From Harriotta raleighana (taxonomy: Eukaryota): a stretch of DNA of 64,000 bases. The notes below the pieces were generated by a model, which did no database searches, had not been told where the DNA came from, and saw only the letters and a list, made by a program, of their open reading frames with translations. The position numbers were made by a program, and so were the translations under genes. Of this stretch, positions 10,206 through 22,638 are shown piece after piece. The first letter of the stretch is position 1; every line of letters begins with the position of its first letter. The stretch spans positions 3,535,379 to 3,599,378 of the forward strand of contig JBNZDD010013692.1 of the NCBI GenBank assembly GCA_050575255.1, read 5' to 3'.

Positions 10206-12206
10206 GTTGGATCGTGAGTTCATTTGAAAGGATCGATGCTGATAGGAACATCCATTTGCCAATATGGCATTTGATTTTCATATAAGTAATTAAATCTTAT
10301 CCAAAACAGATAAGACTTCAGCATGGACAAAGCTAAGATTTAACATAGAAGCCAACTTCCTTTCTGCATATCTCCGCAATGACTAACTAAGTCTCGGAAA
10401 AATTGCGATCCAGATATTCAAAACGATCCTCTGGCATTCAATTTTGCATCTTGTGATTTGATTAATTGCAGCTTTTCCAATAGCAAATGCTCTGAAGGAG
10501 CAAGAACTCTCTGCAGAGAGATGCTCATACGATGAACCAGCGGTAAAGGTCCCTGTGTAAGGTAGGGGCTGAGATTTTATCTCTGTGCAGAAGCACTTAA
10601 CACTGGAACAGATCCATCCAGTGCAAATCCAGGGAGGCAAGGATAGAGCCACTTTGCCTCTGACTTGTTACTTCCCGATCTGTTACTCCTGTCCTCCGAC
10701 GTGAAAGGTGCTATACAAGTGTAATTTTGTTGTTGTTGTTACTATCTTACTATTTACCCATAGCACTAACTAGCACCGGCAACACCTAGCTGATCAATAA
10801 TCTCAAAGGTTTGAAAGTGCTTCTACCAAGGGCACCATCTAACTTGGTTGTAGGCTGAAAATTCACTGCCATCATTTACACAATCCTGCTTTTGCAGAGC
10901 TAAATCTTCAAACACCAACTTCAGTGTCAGCATATTGTAAGGCCCCCTGGAAGAATTCATTAACTAAAGATCACAGTGCAGCCACACAGCTTGCCATCTT
11001 GAGTGCTATAGGAGGACGGTGGGGGAAAGTTCATTTATTTTAGGAAGTCCCGGGTTGCCAGACAGAAATATTGCTTAAGACACGCAGCACCCTCCCCCCC
11101 TTAACTCAAGCAATGTATAAATATTCTGTGAACATGACCCAAAACCTACAGTGCAGACTAGGCCATGAGCAGACACTGACAGATGGCAGGACCTGTTAAG
11201 AAAATATCGCTACTGTCGGTGTCTCTGTGTTTGCACACACTTCCAACCAATTAGCGAACTCCTGTTTCTTCTGACTAAGTCCAGAACGGTCATTTCAGTA
11301 ATGTGCCTGCCTAGTTTGTTTAACAATGTTAGACTTTGCTTTGACTGACAGCCCTGTTGGTATGCGAATTGAGATTGATAATGCAACACATTTCTCAAAG
11401 GCAGGGGATGTGTGTCTGTACATCGGAGTACTTTAATGAGAAAGCTTTTCTCTGGTTTCATGGAAGCCATGTCTATTGATGTGCAATGGATGCTGCTTAA
11501 GGAATCAATCACACTCTAAATAGGTTGGTGATGTACAAACGAAACCCTTTTGAACAGAAGGGCACAATAATTAGGCTTCAAACATGATAACTATGGTTGA
11601 TATTAAAAAATCACTTCCACAAATTCCTTTGGGTAACTCCATTTTGGCATTAGGCTGAGAGATGACATTTGTGTGAATGCAGCCTCTGGTTATACAAAGA
11701 TATTTCTTTGGGAGTGAGGGAGGAGTGCGTCCAAACAGAATGACAAATGTTAAACTTTATTAAAAGGAAAGGAAATTTGCTGACACAATTATTATGTGCC
11801 GTCAGCAAAACGTTCAGTGCTTTTGCAAAAATGATGATAGGCTTAAGTTGACAAGAATCCCTAAATCCTGCTCCACACAATGGGCTGGGACAGAGCCCAC
11901 TGTTATTGAAGTCTCCGAGAGATACTGTCCCACATGAAAAGCGCTATATAAATGCAAGTTGTTGCTGTTTTGCTGGACTTGGGGTATTTCAATACTCCTT
12001 GTGTACGCTCAGTACACACAGACTCCCAGAATCTCTACAAGAGGTAGAGAGTGGGACTAAAATTCCATGCAAGAAACACAGCTGATGACATTTCCCTTGT
12101 GATAGTGATGATTTCTTTACAACAACAACTTGGATTTATATAACGCCCTCCACGCTGGACGGTGTCTCAGACCGCTTCAAAGCACTTTACTTTGCGAACA
12201 TGCGTC

Positions 12207-12608
12207 AGGTGTCAGCTGTTCCTTCTGAGGCAGGAGATTACAGGTTCAAGCCTCATGTCAGGACTTGGAACTCACATTGTCTACAATCAACTGATACTCC
12301 AGTATAGTCCTGGGGTACATTGTTGGATATTCTGTCCAGTCCTTCAGATGAGATGTAAAACTAAACTCCCATCTGCCTAACCAGATGGACGTTCAAGAAC
12401 TCATAGCACTATTCAAAAAGAGAAGAGATTTTCTCCCAGTGTCCTGATCAACAAATCCCCCAAATAAAATTGGTCATTCACTCCATGGCTATTTGTGCAA
12501 ATTGGCTTACAGATACTCAATCATTACACTTCACGGAAAACCGAACAGTTTTCAGAATTGATTCCTATGCATATAAGGGGCCATATCAAATACAAAGATT
12601 ATTATTAT
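12207..12608 (+). mobile_element. DeuSINE, near full length
   Basis: GGTTCAAGCC B-box-like motif, CAGATGAGATGTAAAAC...GATGGACGTTCAAGAACTCATAGCACTATTC...TTCTCCCAGTGTCCTG, (ATT)n tail. Confidence 0.75.
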
Positions 12609-13075
12609 AGTCACACTTTTATTTCAGCAGAAAATAATTAGTGGGACTTTCTGCACAGCGCACAATACACAGAAAATGATTTCAGTGGTGACCCGATGAC
12701 CCGTCATTTGATCATTGGGTTATCAGTGAGGCCGTGCTCAACCAGGGACGCATTCCAGCCGGGATTTTCTATATTTTGTTGACTCATCCAATTGCCGGCA
12801 ATACATCTATCACAAAATCAAATCACATCAAGTAATTTATGTTGACAGGAACTCATCTGAAAAAAATGATGTAACAAAATGATAGATATTTTTAGTACAA
12901 TAGACCCCAGTGGTCCTGAAATCACTATGCTTGATAGTACAGTGATTACTGTAAAGAACTTTAGACATTTTAATGTGTGAGGTGCTATCAAAATGCAAGC
13001 TCTTCTTTAACAAGTAATGTTTGCTTATAGAGAAGACGTGAGGCTGGTGAAGGAGCAGAATTTCCACTGCAGGGA

Positions 13076-13090
13076 GCCGCCATCTGGTGG
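13076..13090 (-). promoter_or_regulatory. CTCF-binding motif
   Basis: Minus strand CCACCAGATGGCGGC, an exact fit to the CCASYAGRKGGC core, in non-repetitive sequence. Confidence 0.6.
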
Positions 13091-13471
13091 GAGAGTAAAC
13101 CAAATCTGCTGTAAGAACAAAGGCCTCTGGCTCTGAGCTGATCCTTTATAAATGGATGTAATATTTAACACGGCTTATCAGAAATTATATGATTTCATTG
13201 TAAACTGACACCCCCTGCATGAAAACATGCTGGAAGACAGGTTATTTTCGTAAGAGGAGCGATTTCATCTCAAAGATGTCCTACAAAGTGGCATGACAAC
13301 ACACTGTAGAAAAATTTGCTTTATCATGGTGTATATTTGTAAACAAACAAGTAATGTATTGTCAAAAGATTTTCATGAAGATGATGATTCTCTTTCATAA
13401 TATTTTATATTAATAGGATTTTCAGGAGTTCCTGTGTGTAGAGGAAAATGTCATTTAAAATTTGCTCTGTC

Positions 13472-13790
13472 GGAGACTTGGTGACACAGCGGGTTAGACA
13501 CTGACCTTTCCCCTCTAGAGATGCGGGTTCGAATCCAACCCAGACTGATGGGATGAATGTCTTTACTGTCTTTAAGGATCTTGTGTGAAATGGAATTGGA
13601 CAGCCTCAATCCAGCTCCTTGTATGGATGGGCTCACAGCACAAAACCATTGAATTGACAATCTCACTCTGAAAGGCCCCGGGATTGTGTGGAAAATTAAA
13701 ACAATTCACACTGGTGCCGGGGTGGGGGTAGGGAGGGGAAATCGAGATTGAGGCACATTATTTAGGACACAGTAGAAGGATCTCTACTGT
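13472..13790 (+). mobile_element. LF-SINE-like element
   Basis: CCTTTCCCCTCTAG, GGTTCGAATCCAACCCAG, TGTGAAATG, CTCAATCCAGCTCCT, CACAAAACCA and TTGAGGCACATT occur in the order of the recalled LF-SINE consensus. Confidence 0.7.
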
Positions 13791-13797
13791 GGTGATT

Positions 13798-14115
13798 GTG
13801 GAGTCCTGTAGCTCTGATTAGAGCACTCGCCTTCCACTCGAGTGAGACCTGTGTTTTGAATCCAGGCAGGTCAGGGCGACATCTTGGGCAAGTTTCCTTA
13901 GGCAACACAACTAATAATAATCTATCCAAAAAAAAACTAGAATAAATTGGTCATTTCAATCCACGACTGTTTGTGGGACACTGCTGTGTGCAATTGACTG
14001 CCGCGTTTCACCTACAAAAAAAGTAAATTCACTTCACCGTATATTCTGTGAAGTGCTTTGAAATGGTTAGAAGATGTGAAAAGTGCTATATCAAAAGTAA
14101 GGAATATTATATTAT
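13798..14115 (+). mobile_element. SINE family A, full length (tRNA head, partial Deu segment, L2-type tail)
   Basis: GTGGAGTCCTGTAGCTC...TTAGAGCACTCGC head, CTTGGGCAAGTTTCCTTA, TGTTTGTGGGACACTGCTGTG, GTGAAAAGTGCTATATCAAA and (TAT)n tail. Confidence 0.9.
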
Positions 14116-14326
14116 CTCGGAGTTCTGTATTGTAAAAGTACATGTACTGTATTGTTCCATGTATAGTACCACTTCAGTCGTATTCTAAAAGTCTTGGGTG
14201 CACATTATGCAAGAGAAATATCAACCTCCTACTAGGCATGGGACACAGTGTATGCTGGGACCCAGGAGACACCCAGTTGATGGTAAACTCCCAGGTTATT
14301 TTTGCTGGAGAGGCACAAATAAAGGG

Positions 14327-14407
14327 GAATAATGATCCTTGCATTTGATATAGTGCTTTTCACATCACAAGGACATCTCAAACCCTTTCACAGGATTTAC
14401 TGTAAAA
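14327..14407 (-). mobile_element. SINE family A 3' tail
   Basis: AATAATGATCCTTGCATTTGATATAGTGCTTTTCACATC. Confidence 0.8.
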
Positions 14408-14619
14408 TCTAATGATGGTGTGCATTTTTTTTTGGAGGCAGACGATGAATCGACTGACACAGAGTTGAGCGGCTTAGGGTACCAATCCTGACAATAAACA
14501 TTGTTCCCACCTCAGGAATCAAACCCTGGCCCAACAGCCATGTATAATACACACTCATTCCCGTAATCTTCTCCAAAAAGATTGGAGTGTGTATCGTACA
14601 TGGGTGTACATTATAGAAG

Positions 14620-14760
14620 GAATGAGAAAAAGCATTTACATTACAGGGGAGAGAGAGCAGGGGAATGGGATTGATTTGGACAGCTCTTTTCAAAGAGCCA
14701 TAGAGCTATTTTCAAATTATGGGTCGAATGGCCTCCTTCTATGCTGTATAATTCTATGAT
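14620..14760 (+). mobile_element. CR1 LINE 3' UTR fragment
   Basis: GCAGGGGAATGGGATTGATTTGGACAGCTCTTTTCAAAGAGCC...ATGGGTCGAATGGCCTCCTTCTATGCTGTATAATTCTATGAT. Confidence 0.8.
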
Positions 14761-16799
14761 ACACTGCTTTTTCATCCAGCCGTATTAATGCAAATTATTA
14801 AAAGTTCTTTGAGTTAAAGCTGAAAGGCGGTCTGGTAATACAGTGTGTTGTAAAAACACATAACTTTGCACTGTAAACATTTTATGTTCACACGATCTCC
14901 CATTTCCAAGGCCTTAGGTTAAAGAATCCATCATAAATAGGGCTTTCTGATTACTGCTGAAGCACCGCAAGGCTGTGGTAACTTTGCACTTCTATAAAGA
15001 ACCTAGCAGTCCTTCCAGACGTTTCACATTTGCTGCTTTACCTTGAAGCAGAACTACAGCTCACGCTATTGCACAGTCTGCCCTCACCTTCAGTGATAAA
15101 ACCCAGCCCAGTCTGGTGAAATGTGGCCCCGAACAGACACACTGTAATCTATATCCTGTCTGTAGAGTAATGCACATTCTGTTGGAAACAGGCAACTGCA
15201 ATTATAACAAGAATGAAAATAATCCCTAGAAAATAATGTTGCAAATAAGATGTGGCTTGTAAACCAAAAACTGGTAAGTCTCTCATCTTTGGTGTCTCAA
15301 CCAATGGAAAAAAACATTTAAACCCTTTTTATTGGCTATCGAATGCTGTTTGGCATTCAAATCAGTAGAACCAGAAAGCAATCCTATGCATATGTTTAAC
15401 CTGCCCCCTCCTTAAATTTCACTGCAGGAACAACATTTTAATTCAGACTACACAACAGTAAAGAATACTTGAAGCAACATGTTATGTTCTATTCATTTCA
15501 GGCTAGGTGAGTTAGCAAACCTCTTTACCCAAACCTGCTCACACATTTTGTTTGTATAAATAGGGGATGTTGTAATAAGACGTGTCTTTTTCATCCATGG
15601 AGCCAGCAAATGAAAGGATAGTGCTCTTGTTTCAACCTCATTATTTGCCCAACAAAGCAGTAGGATAAATGAAGATAAATCCTCAGTACTTTTTTCGCTC
15701 CTTTTTTTAAATGAAAAATATTCTACTATTAAACTGTTAAGTAGTATTAGGTCCTAGTGTCAGAACTGATGAAGTGTGATTGTGACAAAGCGGAGTGAAT
15801 CATATTACCATATCTCAGACAATTCTATGCATCACTCAAGAGCCTAGCCATCAATTTGCTCTGGTAATATCAAAGTGTTCTGGGATATTGGGAAAAGTGT
15901 GCCATTGGAATAATAGGAAAAGGCTGAGGTTAAACTTTAACTTGTTAAAAACAATCGGCATTTTAACACTGTTGAGTGAAACCTACCTCTTTGAGGTAAA
16001 ACAATCCATCAATGTAATCCTATTAGGTTCAGCACTCTGCTTTATGGTTGCGAAGCATGTTTGCACCTCACACCAAACCTGAAACTCTTGCCATGTTTAA
16101 TGGTAACACTGCTGAGTGACTGCAACAAAAAGGAAGATTACAGCACAGTCATAGCAGTGCTTTGTGCACAAGGCTCCACTGCTTTACTCCCAAGCATTAA
16201 GCTTATCGTGTCTGCAGAAACTTTCCCGTAACACTCAAGGGATTTAAGGGGCCTTATCTGTCATCCAAGGCTTCGCTGTTTTTTAAAGGGAGGGGGAAAT
16301 AGAAACCTCTTTCTATTGTTGTACAGTGTGAAATGCATCAGCATATAATTCTGCACTTATACAGGGCAACTTTTGACAAACTAGAGTATGTGCTAACATC
16401 CTTTTAGTTAGGATCATTTTAGCTGTCCTGTTAAGTTAGGAAACAGTGGGGGAGTTGAGCAAGATGTTTGATAAATACAGGAGGAGCAGCCAGGCACAGT
16501 AGCAATAATCTCTGTACAGTCAGAGGAATGAGGCAGTGAGCACCCATATGAAAACTGGATTCAAGTCCCAGGCCAAGATCTGAGGGGCCGGTGGAGGTTT
16601 TCAGGGACATAGCAGCACACGTACTTGGTGAAGTTGAGTCATTCCAAAAGGATATGGGATTCAACAATATTAGCAAATAAATCTGATGTGCTTTTGGACT
16701 ACGAACTAAAGGGTGTGGGACATAAAAGTAAATCAGTGCATAGAATTAATGTCAACATTGCCCTAACCATCTATCCTCCAGAGAAAAGGTTATTAATTT

Positions 16800-16937
16800 C
16801 ATGTCTGTCTCTGTGCAAATTGGCTGCCTCGTTCACCTATAAATAGATCCTCACTACATTTTTCAGAAAAACACTGAAGCGCCTTGAGATGTCTTGATAT
16901 GATAAAGGGCTATATCAACCTCAAAGATTATCATTAA
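16800..16937 (+). mobile_element. DeuSINE/family A 3' fragment
   Basis: TGTGCAAATTGGCTGCC...GAAGCGCCTTGAGATGTC...GGGCTATATCAA. Confidence 0.65.
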
Positions 16938-19900
16938 CTTGTTCGGAAGTGTAAGTTGGTTTTCAAATTGCCTTATTTTAATCAGTTACCTAAGTCACCT
17001 TAAAGGTGTGACATTTGAAGAGTGAACGCAGACTTTCCAACATTTTCCTCCTTAAATCATTAGAAATGAATTTCTAACACGATCTGTCAGACATGAATTG
17101 CAATGTTGATGGGCTGCCTGGAGCTTCCCCAAATTACCCGGTGAAATTGGGGTGAAATCTCGTTTTCATTTTCTTGGTAATTTTATCTGTACTTATTCCA
17201 TTCCATTGTGAGATTAAATTGAGGTGGGTTTGTGCCATTGCAAATTCTATGTGTTTGGTCAAAGAGGTAGGGTTTTGAAGATCCAATACCATTTTCCTTG
17301 TTTCTTATTTTCTTATCTTCTCATGTCACTGCATGTACTGTGTTGTATCTGAATAACAAGGTGTGGGATAACTCAGAATTATGCAGTCCTAATGTTAACA
17401 GATATCAATGCAAACTGCAGCTCTAAGAGCCCAGAACTCATTTTAGCATATCCAGGCCTGCTTATATTACAATAAAAATTCTGATCAGTTTCCACTTGAG
17501 CAGGATGGACTCATCTAGATTATATGATTCCCACAGGGATTATGGTGGTGGCTGTCCTATAGCAGGAGATGTTAAAAAAAAACACCTGTGGTTTTGGCGC
17601 TGTGTAGTGTGCAATTCTCATCAGCAGAACATTCTGATCTCCCTGGCATTGAAATAGATTGGGAGCCGATTCATGTATTGGCTTGTGATCATATCTGATT
17701 TTCAGTTTAAATCCAAGAGAGATTTTGCATCGGCTTTTTATATTAGTCTATTGTGAATCTCCCACTCCACTTTCCTGTGCAAACCCAAGATGGAAAAGCC
17801 AGGAGGGTTTACTGCAAATCCAACAGTGGGTTTTCCATCAAAACTGGATTGTTTACAACAATTCTGCAAATTCACAGGAAATGCAAATTTGCAATACAGA
17901 CTATGACCTATTCCTGCAGAAATCAATCCCGAGGCTCCTTAAGCATAGTTTATTTGTTAATCTTGTGCCTTCCAACACTGGTGGTTTAAGGCAGATGCAA
18001 TCCATACAATTTCATGGGGCCCCAAGGCAACAAGGGAGCCCCTGCCATTGTAAAAACACATTGAAATTGCACCACGATATCCTAATCTTGTAGTGGTGGG
18101 GATGTGTGTATGCACTCACTGTAATGGAACCACCCTTTAACCAATATCCAAGCCATCAGAACACATCTGCAACTAAATTCATATGCCTGGAGACCTACTT
18201 GCAAAAATGGTAGGGGCCCCGGAATACAGCCTTGCATGATGATCTTGTGGGCCCTGAATTTCAGCTCATTACAGGAACATATTGTCCATATAGCTGTGCT
18301 ACCCTTAACCACACCAGTTAGAAACACAAACAGAGTGTAACAATCCAATTAGCTGGAAAAGTACTTACTTGCTTCAAGCTGGGTATGTCAAAATGTCTCA
18401 GTAGCCAGGTACGTCTAAATGTCTCCAAACACTTTACAGGTAATTGCAGTCAAGTACAGTAAGTGTTCTTATAGCCAAACACAGCAGCCAATTTGCACAC
18501 AGCAAGGTTCATACCAAGATATTTAAACAGCAAGGGTTTAAAGAGACCCAGTGGGTCATCAAGTTCACTCCTGGGAGAATTCCCCCACACTCACACGAGA
18601 TTCACCCTGCACATCTCTCCTAGTACTAAGCTTGTCAAAAACATAACCAGTTCAGGTGAAAGGTGATTTAATTAGAAAATGTCTCTCCGATTCCTTAAGG
18701 TACTCGAGCAAGTTCCAGGAGAGAGCCAAATGTGAGAGTATTGCTTAATACCCTTTATACCTGACTTCATCTATTTTGATGACAAATCTCACAGTTTCAC
18801 AAACAACCATTGACCAATTTATTTGAAGACTATTCGAACCACAGAATGATTATGACCCATACACCCAAACTGTCAGGGCAGATTATATGGAACATTACAA
18901 CACATGAAACAATCCATTTAACCCACTAGCCTGTGCCTGTCCTAACATTTCTGAAATCACTTTGCTGGGGTCCATTAACGGGGATTTCAGGTGTACCATA
19001 GGACAGTGCATCCAACCTGAGACTGTGAATCCACTTTCCCTGCTGTTACGCCCAAGTCCATAAGAGCACCCACACATCTCTGGAGAATTGTTCACTGGGT
19101 TTGCCAGGACAGGATTTATTAATCTATGTATCCAAAGCACTGAATCAGAAGGAGACTACAACAATAACCAGTGGTTGTCAATTTCATACTACAGTAATAG
19201 GAGTCACTCCAATTTCCAGAAATCAATATTTGTTCCACTTAAAGAGCAGGGTCACCATTACCTTACTCGGGATTTTTAGTGCTGCCTTTTCTGAAACACC
19301 ATTACAATAGAGTCTGTCATAAGCCTTTATAAACAAGAAACAAAGAGGTTACTGTATATAGAGATCAGTGTGTGATAACTCCACCTTATTGCCAACAGGG
19401 AAAGTCTGCCCTGCCATAAATTCCATATTGACTGCAGGCTGAATTACTTAAATAAATGAAATAAATGGAAACTGATATCAGTCAGTTGTGTCACTGAGTC
19501 ACTGTGGCTTGTTTACTAATCAGGGTCAACAATTCAAAACCAGGACATTGCCCTGTAAATGGGAGTGTTTTAACTGTAAAGATGTTATAGGATTACTTTC
19601 TTTAATCTACACAGAATGGTTGTTCATTTAATTAGATGACGGGGGAAAAAAAAGGTCAGCCTGTAGACAAGACAGCTGAACACTCACTCACTCATTCACT
19701 CACCTCATTCACAAGAATGGAGAGAGCCCATGTCCTGAGGGAATGTTACAAACATCTGATGGCTTCAGTACCACCTGGGCTACCTTGAAAAGGAGGTGGG
19801 GAGGAGGTCAGCAGTGGCATTTCTTTCATCCACGGAATGGCTCTCAAAGGCGTTCCAAACTTTTCTATTGCTCCTTCAATCCGTCGCAAACAATGCCTTC

Positions 19901-20419
19901 TTTAGCAGGAGTTTCTTTTCTCCCTTTGGCAAGGTGGTCACCCCTGACAGGAAGGAGTACAGCTCTACAGCCTCAAGGTTGCATTTGGTATTTACATATT
20001 CGGCCATACCCTTTCGTGGAATGTTGGTAAGTACCTGGAATTTCTGAGGGCAGTTAGCTGTGGGCCATTAATGTCTCACATTGTTGTCTCACAATAATTA
20101 CACCACTGATTGAGAGAGGAGGGAGAAAGAGGAAAATGTGAAGTGATGCACTTCTGACACCTAGCACTTGCTCTTGGATTCATCGGTGATCTGGCCCCCA
20201 TAGAACATTACACCCAAATAAAGCCTGTGTGTCCCACAAGAGATACATTCCTGTCAGCCATTTCCACAGACTATAAAATAAATCCGTCCCCTCATCCCAT
20301 TAACCTCTGGATTCCAGTGGCTAATTGATTTTCCGATGATGGGCTACCAACCTAGTCATTAGCATCTTCACTCAAAGAGTGTGAGAAGAAACATAAAGCA
20401 CTTTTTTTTTTACCCACAA

Positions 20420-20730
20420 AGCGCAATTTGACCCATTGTGTCAATGGCACAGCTCCCTATTTTACAATTTCTAAATTGCTTTTTTTCAATCCCATATTAG
20501 AGCTCGCCCCATATCACTAAATATTTTGACTGCTTAACTGCTCAATCAGTTCCTGTATGAACAACTCTACTTATCCAGCCTCGATAGTCACTTGAGGTAA
20601 TGAATTCCAAACTCTTAACAGCCCTTTTGAGTGAAGAAATTCCTTATCAGCAGCCTGTTAATTTTTTTTGATAATAAACCTGAAATTATGTTTCTTCATG
20701 TATAATTCCCTAATTGAAGAAAGTATAACT
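20420..20730 (-). mobile_element. CR1 LINE ORF2 end fragment
   Basis: GGTAATGAATTCCAAACTCTTAACAGCCCTTTTGAGTGAAGAAATTCCTT is the reverse of the RNFFxQRVVxxWNSLP CR1 motif. Confidence 0.65.
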
Positions 20731-20792
20731 CTCCTTTGAGAATGCAATGCCACTCCCGAGTCTTCTGATATGCTGGAGTTTGTGGTCATGCA

Positions 20793-20885
20793 CAGTCACA
20801 ACACTTTACAATATATCCCGTGAAATACTTTACGACATCCTCCTGACATGAAAGGCGCTATTTCAAATGTAAGGATTATTATTAT
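20793..20885 (+). mobile_element. SINE family A 3' tail
   Basis: GACATGAAAGGCGCTATTTCAAATGTAAGGATTATTATTAT. Confidence 0.75.
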
Positions 20886-21740
20886 CGATCTTGTGAAAGC
20901 AACATTCATTTGACAGAAACTTTTAGGTTCCCGTTCATCTCTCCATGATCTAATGTCACATCCATTTCCATTGCTCAATTGTAACAAACAAGTGAACAGA
21001 CAAATTCACCGCCTCTCACATTTCCTGAAATCCCTCACGGTTTTAGCCAACTAGACCATTTTGTCTTCAAATCTAAGATCTTGCAGTATTGTGGAAACTT
21101 CACTCACGCCCTTTTCTGTGGGCTCTTGCTCGGAGATGAAAAACCGATCCAATTTGAGACCATTCCTAGCAAATCCGGAGTCAGGAAAACCAGCTTTTAT
21201 CCATTATCTGCCATTTCCAGACACAAACTAGCGATGCAAAAGTGCCATGTATTTCCAAACTTTATCCACAGTTACATCTCCCAGTGCACCTGCACTGAGG
21301 CATGGGACTACAAACCCTGCACAATATCAGGCTAAAGAAACTAGAACATTGAGGGGAACAAATCCCTGTGGTACAACAGTGGATTCAGCTGCATGTTAAA
21401 TCCTGCACTTTGTAAAATGATAACTCCAGAGAAAGAGGATCTGCCAGAGTCGTGCTTCCTTTCTGATCTGCCGAGGTGAGCAGCAGGAGCATTCCCACAC
21501 TGCATTCCGTAATGGAAGAGGATTGCATTTCTGCAGCCACCCAGGTGGCATAGCACAGTCAGGGAGCAGCCTCTGCTCTGTGCTCCCCCCCACTCATAGT
21601 CGCTCATTCATCTCAGCTGTAATGATACCTGTACTCGGGACGAGTCCTCATGAAGCACCAATATCGACTGCATTGTACAACAGCTGCAAGAATCTGAGTT
21701 TGCCAGGCAGGAAACTCAAGCCCAAATTACACATGAAACA

Positions 21741-21812
21741 TAACAACAAACAAACAACAACAAAACTACATTTATAGAGCGTCTTTCACATTGGGAGGAC
21801 GTCCCAAGGCGC
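21741..21812 (-). mobile_element. L2 3' terminus with (TTG)n tail
   Basis: (AAC)n...TACATTTATAGAGCGTCTTTCACATTGGGAGGACGTCCCAAGGCGC, same end as the 9220 element. Confidence 0.75.
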
Positions 21813-22242
21813 AAAAAATGGGGTTTGGCGCATGCTGATCACCAGCACAAACCACTATGATCCCACAGTGTTTACACACAGAGAATTCTGTAAAAGTACC
21901 TTCCACAGTACATGTGCAATGTCACGGTGCACGTAAAGAACATGTAACAAAACAATCACTACTATTAACATCTTTTTGAAGAAAGTAAAATCAACTGAAT
22001 ACACATCGATACATTCTTGAACTATGTAAAATAAACCAACCTTGCTTTTACACATGTGACTCGTGTTTGCACTATTCACAACTTAGGTGCCCAATGCCAC
22101 TTGAGGTGTTTTTTCAGTAACCTATTCTTCTATATAGGAATGCAGAATTCTATGCATACAAATCTATATAGCATATATTGGGCTTTGTGAACACACAATT
22201 TGGGTTACTGTTCATCACTTGCTAATGTTTCTTACACTTATG

Positions 22243-22638
22243 GTTCAAGACCGACAGTGCAGTACTGTGAAGCACTGTGGTGATTGGAATTGCTGTCCTT
22301 CAGATGAGAAGTTAAACCGAGATCACAAAATATACAATCAATTCAGTTTACAGTATATTTTGTGAAGCACTTTGAGATATCTCAACAACATGATAAGGCG
22401 GTGGAAATGAAGGATTCCATGACACTATTCAGAGAGAAAGGAGAGTCTCCCAATGTTCTGACCAACAATCTCTAAGATAAATTGGTTATTCATTATATTG
22501 CAAGTGAAGACATTGGTTTCAAGCAAATCCACTGCTGCATTCACCCAAAGATAGTCATTGCCTTTTAGAGCAATTCACTGTGAAGCCCTTTGAGACATTT
22601 TGATGTTTTATGGTCTATATCAAATGCAACGATTATTG
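22243..22638 (+). mobile_element. DeuSINE with an internal extra tail segment
   Basis: Deu core CAGATGAGAAGTTAAACCGAG...GATTCCATGACACTATTC is split by a tail-like segment at ~22324-22400. A second tail lies at ~22570-22638. Confidence 0.65.

Noticed and set aside
19703-20070. Coding-looking block ending at a minus-strand GTGAGT donor
   Set aside because: All frames hit stops before the donor, and the donor sits in a (TCAC)n simple repeat
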